From a virus (taxonomy: Duplodnaviria; Caudoviricetes), in the IMG/VR virus record IMGVR_UViG_3300038988_000082, positions 1-52,344 of that record: a stretch of DNA of 52,344 nt. The stretch is one strand, 5' to 3'. This document shows, one piece after another, positions 45,060 through 52,344 of the stretch. Numbering within the stretch: position 1 is the first letter of the stretch; each line of letters starts with the position of its first letter. The translations under genes were made by a program, and so were the position numbers. The notes beneath the pieces were generated by a model. That model saw only the letters and a program-made list of their open reading frames with translations, was not told where the DNA came from and made no database searches.

Positions 45060-46013
45060 TTGATGAAAAATAAGGAGTTCCTTGGTAAAGTGACCAAGGC
45101 TTTCAGTAAATTCGGGTTTACGTTGAAAAAGCATAGCCCGGAGATTCTTTTGGCATCGGGTATTGTCGGTGTAGTTACAGCGGCCGTGATGGCATGCAAA
45201 GCAACTACCAAGGTTGGCGACGTTATGGATACGGCCAAGAAGAATATCGATATTATTCACGAAACGACAGACAACGAGTCCAAAGAGCTGGTTCCGCAGG
45301 AAGTGCGGACAAAAGCCCTGGCAAAGGTATATTTGCAGACCGGTCTTAAGCTTGTAAAGCTGTATGGGCCTTCAGTTGCGGTGGGTGCGCTGTCCATCAC
45401 CGGAATTTTGGCATCGAATAATATCCTTCGCAAAAGGAACATGGCGCTTGCGGCGGCATATCTGGCCGTGGATAAAGGCTTCAAAGAATATCGGGCCCGG
45501 GTGGTTGATCGATTCGGCGAAACCGTTGATCATGAACTCAGATACGACATCAAGACGGAAACCGTCGAAAAGACAGAGATTGATCCGGAAACGGGAAAGA
45601 AAAAGAAGGTCAAGGAGACGGTTAAGGTCGCAAATCCGGATGCACCGGGAAGCGTGTATGCACGATATTTTGATCAGGACACGACACCGGCATGGGAAAA
45701 CAATTCAGAATATAATCTTATGTTCTGTAAGGCTCAGCAGAAGTTCGCAAATGATACGCTCCAGAGCAATGGTCATATATTCTTGAATGAGGTGTATGAC
45801 ATGCTCGGCTTGGAGAGATCTGTTGCGGGCAATGTCGTTGGTTGGACATTCGTCGAGAACGGAAAAAATCCTAATGGCGACAACTATGTCGATTTCGGCA
45901 TATTTGAGGTCAATAGACCCGATGGAAATGGTGGATTCGCGCCTACGATACTCCTTGACTTCAACGTTGACGGAGATATCTTGAATACGGGCGCCATATC
46001 CACTGATATTTGA
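45060..46013 (+). CDS. DUF6353-like protein, paralog 3
   Basis: HSPEILLASGIVG...ACKATT...FLNEVYDMLG...VGW...LDFNVDG. Confidence 0.78.
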   Translation: MMKNKEFLGKVTKAFSKFGFTLKKHSPEILLASGIVGVVTAAVMACKATTKVGDVMDTAKKNIDIIHETTDNESKELVPQEVRTKALAKVYLQTGLKLVKLYGPSVAVGALSITGILASNNILRKRNMALAAAYLAVDKGFKEYRARVVDRFGETVDHELRYDIKTETVEKTEIDPETGKKKKVKETVKVANPDAPGSVYARYFDQDTTPAWENNSEYNLMFCKAQQKFANDTLQSNGHIFLNEVYDMLGLERSVAGNVVGWTFVENGKNPNGDNYVDFGIFEVNRPDGNGGFAPTILLDFNVDGDILNTGAISTDI

Positions 46014-46027
46014 AAAGGAGAAAGAAA

Positions 46028-46672
46028 ATGAATACAAAAACAGTTGGATTTTTGGCTTTTATATTTGGCGCTGCTGCTGGGTCAATCGCGACCTGGCAGC
46101 TTGTAAAGAAACGTTACCAGCAGATTGCGGACGATGAGATCGAGTCTGTTAAGGAAGCGTTTACCAGAAGAGTCAACGAAATCGAGGAATTGGCCGATGA
46201 GCAGGTTCGCCATGTCCTCGGTAACTCTGAAGATTCCGATGAAATCGAGGCCGAAGGAAAAGCTGCTCAAGCCAGAAACAAGGCGGATATTGCCACGGTG
46301 GCATCTATCAGCCAGAAAAAGAAGTACACGGACTACTCTAAGTACTCCAATAAAGGAGATAAAGAAGTGGTCATGACCGACGAACCGGAAGAAGATGAGG
46401 ATGATAACGGTATCAGAATCATAACCCCCGATGAATTCGGGGAGATGGGTAATGAGAAAATCACACTCTTCTACTGGGCAGATGAGGTGCTCTCTTATGA
46501 AGACGGGGATATTCCGAAGAATATTTCCGACCTTGTAGGTGATGAGTTCCCGGATCATTTCGGCGAATACGAAGAAGACTCCGTATTTGTCAGGAACGAA
46601 GAAATCGGCGTGGATTACGAAATCCTGCTTGACACGAGGAAGTACTCAAAGGTATTCCCTAAAATAACCTGA
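46028..46672 (+). CDS. Membrane-anchored acidic hypothetical protein
   Basis: GAAAAGGAG RBS; N-terminal TM helix; FGEYEEDSVFVRN. Confidence 0.75.
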   Translation: MNTKTVGFLAFIFGAAAGSIATWQLVKKRYQQIADDEIESVKEAFTRRVNEIEELADEQVRHVLGNSEDSDEIEAEGKAAQARNKADIATVASISQKKKYTDYSKYSNKGDKEVVMTDEPEEDEDDNGIRIITPDEFGEMGNEKITLFYWADEVLSYEDGDIPKNISDLVGDEFPDHFGEYEEDSVFVRNEEIGVDYEILLDTRKYSKVFPKIT

Positions 46673-46688
46673 GAAGGGGCGAGTATAC

Positions 46689-47243
46689 GTGACAAAAAAC
46701 GAGTTGATGAATAAGTATTTTGAATGGATGTATCAGCTCGTTTGCGATGACAGACGGGTTCGGAGGTCCTCCTATCGTAAGCTGTTGCAGTATCTCCATG
46801 GTGTGGATTTTACCTACACTATTGGAATGGACGGCAATCGGTCGGAAGATGGCGTGGGCCTCCGATACCGATTCGGGTATGAGCGAGGGTATGCAGATCC
46901 GTTGATCGCAACGTGCTTGGATGATCGTGATTGTAGCGTTCTCGAAATGCTAATTGCCCTTGCAAATCGTTGTGAGGAGCATATCATGGATGATCCGGAT
47001 ATTGGTAACCGGACAGGGGAGTGGTTCTGGAACATGATTGAGAACCTTGACCTTATTTCGATGACCGATATTAGATTTGATAGACTCCATGTAGAAGACG
47101 TCATAAGACGCTTCTTAAATCGTCAATACGATCCGGACGGGCGTGGCGGACTGTTTACAATCGACAACTGTAGGCATGATCTGAGAAACGTTGAAATCTG
47201 GTATCAAATGTGCTGGTATTTGGATGGCCTTTTCTACGAATGA
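46689..47243 (+). CDS. Hypothetical phage protein
   Basis: GTG start; DGNR..DG..LR, CSVLEML, GGLF, EIWYQ. Confidence 0.78.
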   Translation: MTKNELMNKYFEWMYQLVCDDRRVRRSSYRKLLQYLHGVDFTYTIGMDGNRSEDGVGLRYRFGYERGYADPLIATCLDDRDCSVLEMLIALANRCEEHIMDDPDIGNRTGEWFWNMIENLDLISMTDIRFDRLHVEDVIRRFLNRQYDPDGRGGLFTIDNCRHDLRNVEIWYQMCWYLDGLFYE

Positions 47244-47277
47244 TGCCAGCGAGGCTAATTAAGAAAGGAGAATTACA

Positions 47278-47460
47278 ATGGCTGACATTATTGGTGGTCT
47301 TTTGAAAGGTCATATTAATCTTGAAAACAAGGTGTCGCGTCTGATTTGCGCGGCAACAATATATGTTATTATCCTGGAGTTTCGGAACCATAAGCAAAAG
47401 AAGGAACTCAAAGCCCTCCGTGACGAACTGAAGGAGTTAAAGCATGTAGAAGGAGAATAG
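47278..47460 (+). CDS. Small hypothetical protein
   Basis: GAAAGGAG RBS, 60 aa. Confidence 0.65.
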   Translation: MADIIGGLLKGHINLENKVSRLICAATIYVIILEFRNHKQKKELKALRDELKELKHVEGE

Positions 47461-47467
47461 GAATGCG

Positions 47468-50400
47468 ATGATCGATTTTTTAATGATTTCAACGCGAAGC
47501 ACAAAGCGCGGCGTAATCGAAATCTATCCGAAATTTATCATTAAGAAAAGCTCCGATCTCATGATTCGCGGAGGGGATTTTTATGCTATTTGGATAGAGG
47601 AACGGGGTTTATGGTCCACCGACGAGCAGGATGCTTTGCAGTTGATAGACCGTGAACTGGATAAATATGCAGAGGAAAACAAACGCGCTTTCGACGCAAA
47701 CGTTAAAGTCCTTCATATGTGGGATGCTGAATCTGGAATGATCGATTCCTGGCACAAATACTGCCAAAAACAGATGCGGGATTCCTTTCATATGCTCGAT
47801 GAAAAGCTTATATTCTCCAATACCAAAACCAACAAAAAGGATTACGCCAGCAAGAAATTGCCCTATCCACTTGAAGCTGGGGACCTGACGGCCTACGACA
47901 CGCTTATGTCAACTTTATATTCTGAAGAAGAAAGGCACAAGCTCGAATGGGCTATCGGGTCTATTGTGTCTGGAGAATCTAAGAAGCTTCAAAAGTTCAT
48001 AGTTTTGTATGGAGCAACCGGAACTGGTAAGTCTACAGTTCTCAATATTATTCAACAGCTATTTGAAGGCTATTATTCGGTGTTTGATGCTAAGGCTCTT
48101 GGTTCCGCCAATAGCTCATTTGCATTAGAGCCTTTCAAGGCTAACCCATTGGTAGCTATTCAGCATGATGGCGATTTGTCTAGAATTGAGGATAACACAA
48201 GGCTGAACAGTCTGGTTTCGCATGAGATGATGACTGTGAATGAAAAGTTTAAATCGGCATATGCTAATCAGTTTAAATGCTTCCTATTTATGGGAACAAA
48301 TAAACCGGTAAAAATTACCGATGCAAAATCCGGTCTTATTCGAAGGCTGATTGACGTATCTCCTTCCGGAAATAAAGTAGACCAAAAAGAATACCGAACA
48401 CTTGTGAAACAGATAGGTTTTAACCTAGGGGCCATTGCCCAGCATTGTTTAGAGGTATATTTGGATGACCCGAATCATTATGATGATTATATTCCGATTG
48501 GAATGCTTGGGGCTTCGAACGACTTCTATAACTTTGTAATTGACTCATATTACGTGTTCAAAAAAGAAGACGGGACTACATTAAAAGCGGCTTGGGAAAT
48601 GTATAAAACCTATTGTGAGGATGCTAAAGTGCAATTCCCATTTTCGCAACGCATATTTAAGGAGGAACTTAAAAACTATTTCCAGGACTACAAAGAACGT
48701 GTGAATATGGAAGATGGGTCACGGGTACGTAGTTTCTATAAAGGGTTTCGAACTGATAGATTTGAGGATGCTCTTGTCGGGAAGAAAAAAGAGACTGCAC
48801 GAGTTAGGTTAATTAAATTTGACTCGACAGAATCCATATTTGACAAGGAGTGCTCTGACTGTTTTGCTCAGTATGCTACTTCTAAAGAAACACCATCTAA
48901 AAAATGGTCAAATGTTACAACAAGACTTAGTGACCTTGACACATCCAGACTTCATTATGTAAAAGTCCCGGAAAATCATATTGTAATTGACTTCGATATT
49001 CCAGATGAGGATGGAAATAAAAGCCTTGAAAAGAATCTTGAAGCCGCAAGTAAATGGCCAGCAACTTATGCAGAGCTTAGTAAAAGTGGAATGGGGATTC
49101 ATCTTCATTATATTTATACAGGCGATGCAAATGAGTTGAGCCGTGTGTATGATGACCATATCGAAATTAAGATAGCTACTGGAGATGCATCATTGAGACG
49201 GAAATTGTCAAAGTGTAATGGTGTGCCAATAGCTAAGATTAGCTCTGGTTTACCGCTGAAAGGAGAGAAAAAGTTGGTTGATTTTAATGTGGTAAAGAGC
49301 GAAAGAGGGTTACGAGTCCAGATTAAGAGAAACCTTAATAAGGAATATCATCCTGGAACCAAACCCAGTATCGACTTTATCCATAAGATCCTTGAAGATG
49401 CATATGCAAGCGGGCTTATATATGATGTTACTGACATGAGAAATGCTGTTTTAGGCTTTGCCATGAATAGCACAAATCAAGCAGATTATTGTATTAAGCT
49501 TGTAAACAAAATGCATTTCAAGTCAGAAGATATATCAGCCGGAGCAAAAAATGATGATGCAAAAATAGTATTCTTCGACGTTGAGGTTTTTCCAAATCTG
49601 TTTTTGATTTGTTGGAAACTTGAAGGCGAAGGTAAGCAAATTGTAAAAATGTTTAACCCATCCCCTTCAGAAGTCGAAACCTTGATGAGATTTAAATTGG
49701 TTGGCTTCAACTGTCGTCGATACGATAATCATCTTGTATATGCTCGGTTGATGGGTTACACTGAAGAGCAACTCTATAACTTATCACAAAAAATAATTAA
49801 TGGTAGTACTAATTGTTTCTTTGGTGAAGCATACAACCTGTCCTATACGGATATTTATGACTTTTCTTCAAAGAAACAGTCTCTTAAGAAATTTGAGATT
49901 GACTTGAAGATTCACCATAAGGAACTCGGACTACCATGGGATCAACCCGTTCCGAGAGAACGTTGGGAAGAAGTTGGAGACTATTGCGCAAACGACGTAT
50001 TGGCGACGGAAGCCATATTTATTGATCGTCAACCAGACTTCTTGGCAAGGCAAATTCTAGCCGATTTAGCTGGAATGACAGTCAATGATACCACAAACAC
50101 TCTGACAACCAGAATTATATTTGGGACTAATCGTAAACCTCAAAACCAGTTTCACTATCGAAACTTGGCCGACCCAGTATTAGAACTTGATAAGGAAACC
50201 CGTGATTTCTTAACGGACGCGGCTCCAGCGATGATGGCTCAAAGACACGGTCCTGCAAAGAGCTTTCTTCCATATTTTCCTGGATACAAGTACGATGCTG
50301 GTAAATCTATTTATCGAGATGAGGAGATTGGAGAGGGGGGCTTAGTACGGGCTAAACCTGGTATGTACGGTGATGTAGCACTATTAGATGTTGTTTCAAT

Positions 50401-51475
50401 GCATCCGCATAGTGCTATATTAGAAGTCATATTTGGGGTTGAGTTCACAAGACGATTCAAAGAGATTGTTGATAGTCGAGTAAACATTAAACACAAAGCT
50501 TGGGATATTGTCAATAAAATGCTTGATGGAAAGCTGGCACTGTATATTCAGAGGGTAATCAATGGTGAATTAACGGCTAAGGACTTAGCCTTTGCCTTAA
50601 AGATTGCCATTAACTCCGTGTATGGTTTGACATCGGCAAGCTTCGAGAATCCTTTCCGAGATATTCGGAACAAGGATAATATCGTTGCAAAACGTGGCGC
50701 CTTATTTATGCTTGATCTCAAGTATGAAGTCGAGGCTCGAGGCTTTACGGTTGCTCATATTAAGACTGACTCTATAAAGATTCCAAACGCAACTCCGGAG
50801 ATTATACAGTTTGTTTCGGACTTTGGGGCTTTATATGGGTATGAGTTTGAGCATGAGGCGACATATGACAAGTTCTGTCTAGTGAATGATGCTGTATATA
50901 TTGCCAAGTATGCTACAAAAGAAAAGTGTATGGGCCTGTACGGCTATATTCCTGGCGAGAACGAGAAGCACCAAAGACAAATTGAGGATGTTGTAACTGG
51001 CGGTCCTGATTATGAGTCTGGTGAATGGACAGCTACAGGTACCCAGTTTGCAGTTCCTTATGTATTTAAGACTCTCTTCAGTAAGGAAGAAATCGTATTT
51101 GATGATATGTGCGAGACCAAGTCGGTGACATCTGCATTATATTTGGATATGAATGAAAACCTTGGTGAAGACGAACATAATTATCGGTTTATTGGAAAGG
51201 TTGGACAATTCTGTCCGATTAAAAAAGGGTTCGGCGGCGGGGTTCTTCTTCGTGAAAAGAATGGGAAATACTATGCTGCCGGTGGCTCAAAAGGATATAG
51301 ATGGCTCGAGTCTGAAATGGTGAAAGAACTTGGTAAAGAAGATGACATTGATAGAGCATATTATGAGGCTTTTGTTCAAGCCGCACGGGATGCTATATGG
51401 GAATATGGCGATGTCGAGTGGTTCACTTCAGATCAAGAGTATAGTCCAAATGACAATGGGATTCACCCGTTTTAA
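47468..51475 (+). CDS. SF3 (D5-like) helicase-primase-family B DNA polymerase fusion
   Basis: YGATGTGKST Walker A; primase-like VIDFD...SKSGMGIHLHY; Exo I FFDVEV, Exo II GFN..RYD, Exo III YCANDV; PolB motif A DVVSMHP, B KIAINSVYG, C HIKTDS. Confidence 0.88.
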   Translation: MIDFLMISTRSTKRGVIEIYPKFIIKKSSDLMIRGGDFYAIWIEERGLWSTDEQDALQLIDRELDKYAEENKRAFDANVKVLHMWDAESGMIDSWHKYCQKQMRDSFHMLDEKLIFSNTKTNKKDYASKKLPYPLEAGDLTAYDTLMSTLYSEEERHKLEWAIGSIVSGESKKLQKFIVLYGATGTGKSTVLNIIQQLFEGYYSVFDAKALGSANSSFALEPFKANPLVAIQHDGDLSRIEDNTRLNSLVSHEMMTVNEKFKSAYANQFKCFLFMGTNKPVKITDAKSGLIRRLIDVSPSGNKVDQKEYRTLVKQIGFNLGAIAQHCLEVYLDDPNHYDDYIPIGMLGASNDFYNFVIDSYYVFKKEDGTTLKAAWEMYKTYCEDAKVQFPFSQRIFKEELKNYFQDYKERVNMEDGSRVRSFYKGFRTDRFEDALVGKKKETARVRLIKFDSTESIFDKECSDCFAQYATSKETPSKKWSNVTTRLSDLDTSRLHYVKVPENHIVIDFDIPDEDGNKSLEKNLEAASKWPATYAELSKSGMGIHLHYIYTGDANELSRVYDDHIEIKIATGDASLRRKLSKCNGVPIAKISSGLPLKGEKKLVDFNVVKSERGLRVQIKRNLNKEYHPGTKPSIDFIHKILEDAYASGLIYDVTDMRNAVLGFAMNSTNQADYCIKLVNKMHFKSEDISAGAKNDDAKIVFFDVEVFPNLFLICWKLEGEGKQIVKMFNPSPSEVETLMRFKLVGFNCRRYDNHLVYARLMGYTEEQLYNLSQKIINGSTNCFFGEAYNLSYTDIYDFSSKKQSLKKFEIDLKIHHKELGLPWDQPVPRERWEEVGDYCANDVLATEAIFIDRQPDFLARQILADLAGMTVNDTTNTLTTRIIFGTNRKPQNQFHYRNLADPVLELDKETRDFLTDAAPAMMAQRHGPAKSFLPYFPGYKYDAGKSIYRDEEIGEGGLVRAKPGMYGDVALLDVVSMHPHSAILEVIFGVEFTRRFKEIVDSRVNIKHKAWDIVNKMLDGKLALYIQRVINGELTAKDLAFALKIAINSVYGLTSASFENPFRDIRNKDNIVAKRGALFMLDLKYEVEARGFTVAHIKTDSIKIPNATPEIIQFVSDFGALYGYEFEHEATYDKFCLVNDAVYIAKYATKEKCMGLYGYIPGENEKHQRQIEDVVTGGPDYESGEWTATGTQFAVPYVFKTLFSKEEIVFDDMCETKSVTSALYLDMNENLGEDEHNYRFIGKVGQFCPIKKGFGGGVLLREKNGKYYAAGGSKGYRWLESEMVKELGKEDDIDRAYYEAFVQAARDAIWEYGDVEWFTSDQEYSPNDNGIHPF

Positions 51476-51490
51476 GAAAGGAGAAACAAA

Positions 51491-51955
51491 ATGGCTTATC
51501 AACGTATACCAAAACTTAAAATTGAGGATGCTCGGATTATATTCCGAAACTTCTCAGGCAAAGAGGGCCCTTACAATAGGGCTGGAGATCGTAGCTTTAA
51601 TGTAATCATTGAAGACCCCGAACTCGCGGAAACGCTCGCGGCGGATGGCTGGAACATTAAAACCTTACCCAAAAGGGATGAGGATGAAACACCGAATCAT
51701 CGCCTTGAGGTGGCTGTGTCATACAAGAAAATCCCGCCGAACATTACGTTGGTTTCGGGGCATAAGAAAGTCCGCCTGGACGAAGAAGCGGTCAATGCTT
51801 TGGATTACGCCGACATCGAGTCGGTTGATCTGCTGATAAATCCTTCATATTGGGAAGTCAATGGCAAGACCGGAATCAAGGCATATCTGTACGAGATGTA
51901 TGTTGTCGTAAGACAGGACGAGTTCGCGGACAAGTACGCCGGTTATGACGAATGA
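51491..51955 (+). CDS. Single-stranded DNA-binding protein (putative)
   Basis: Follows the polymerase; IIFRNFSG...G.KAYL, acidic aromatic C-terminus. Confidence 0.65.
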   Translation: MAYQRIPKLKIEDARIIFRNFSGKEGPYNRAGDRSFNVIIEDPELAETLAADGWNIKTLPKRDEDETPNHRLEVAVSYKKIPPNITLVSGHKKVRLDEEAVNALDYADIESVDLLINPSYWEVNGKTGIKAYLYEMYVVVRQDEFADKYAGYDE

Positions 51956-51957
51956 TT

Positions 51958-51982
51958 CGCGACATTTTCTCTGCCCTTTATG
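51958..51982 (+). promoter_or_regulatory. Phage promoter-like motif, variant copy
   Basis: CGCG ACATTT TCT CTGCCCTTT ATG, same spacing as the other copies. Confidence 0.6.
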
Positions 51983-52012
51983 GAATCAACTAAAATTTGG
52001 AAGGGGATTAAA

Positions 52013-52300
52013 ATGAGAGAATCAAAAGTATTAGAAGGATTATCTGATGAAAATTTTAGCACTATCGAAAAGATGGTACAGAAGGCCGTAGACGGTAAAG
52101 AATCAGGGGATTGGTGGTTTGTTCCGAATTCACAAAAACGTGCTTTTATGGCACATATGGCAAAGGAATACAAGAAAACTATTCGCCAAGAATTCATTAC
52201 AGCTTTCGGCCCGATTGTACTTATCGGTGGCGTTGTGATTGGCAGCGGATATATCCTCTATAAGAGGATCAAAAATCGCAAGAAAAAAGATGTTGAATAA
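52013..52300 (+). CDS. Membrane-anchored cassette protein
   Basis: GAAGGGG RBS before ATG 52013; C-terminal TM helix with basic tail. Confidence 0.72.
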   Translation: MRESKVLEGLSDENFSTIEKMVQKAVDGKESGDWWFVPNSQKRAFMAHMAKEYKKTIRQEFITAFGPIVLIGGVVIGSGYILYKRIKNRKKKDVE

Positions 52301-52307
52301 AGGCTTT

Positions 52308-52344
52308 AGAGCCCTGGTTAGAAATAGCTGGGGCTCTTATCTTT
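52308..52344 (+). terminator. Intrinsic terminator
   Basis: AGAGCCCTGGTTA-GAAA-TAGCTGGGGCTCT-TATCTTT. Confidence 0.75.

Larger units (their letters stand above)
1..52344 (+). mobile_element. Near-complete siphovirus-like bacteriophage genome, apparently non-integrating
   Basis: Full set of terminase, portal, protease-capsid, tail tube, tape measure, baseplate, holin/endolysin and replication genes, all on +; no host housekeeping genes or integrase seen. Confidence 0.95.

Noticed and set aside
1094-52197. Minus-strand and nested alternative-frame ORFs in the track (e.g. 19842-20408, 20829-21434, 28741-29379)
   Set aside because: They shadow well-supported + strand genes and show no recognisable motifs
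1-52344. Integrated prophage with lysogeny module
   Set aside because: No integrase, divergent repressor/cro pair, att-flanked host genes or partition genes recognised

Overview
This window is an essentially complete (~52 kb) siphovirus-type tailed-phage genome, circularly permuted, with every credible gene on the + strand. The host is probably a Gram-positive Firmicute (AGGAG/GGAGG RBSs, lipoprotein, endolysin with peptidoglycan-binding repeats). Order: SF2 helicase (cut by the left edge); small and nucleotide-metabolism genes; iteron-like repeats (~8.85-9.14 kb); two nucleases; a 910-aa single-chain two-barrel RNA polymerase-like protein (GADFDGD); a probable packaging-end/late-leader region (~13.3-13.75 kb); head, tail and lysis modules (13.75-38.6 kb); an array of small promoter-gene-terminator cassettes (38.7-44.1 kb); a helicase-primase-PolB fusion; and an SSB. 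I found no integrase, repressor module, CRISPR array or reverse transcriptase. The best candidate new system combines four parts: (1) the phage RNAP; (2) 13 copies of a fixed-spacing motif, CGCG-N6-ACA-N9-(A/G)TG, heading the cassettes and three small structured RNAs, one of them a tRNA mimic; (3) an L-x-H peptide shared by the RNAP, two head-region proteins and the capsid precursor, suggesting the RNAP is packaged in the virion; (4) a late-leader hairpin RNA whose loop is antisense to the phage's own ribosome-binding sites. All family assignments come from motifs recognised by eye; no database searches were run.
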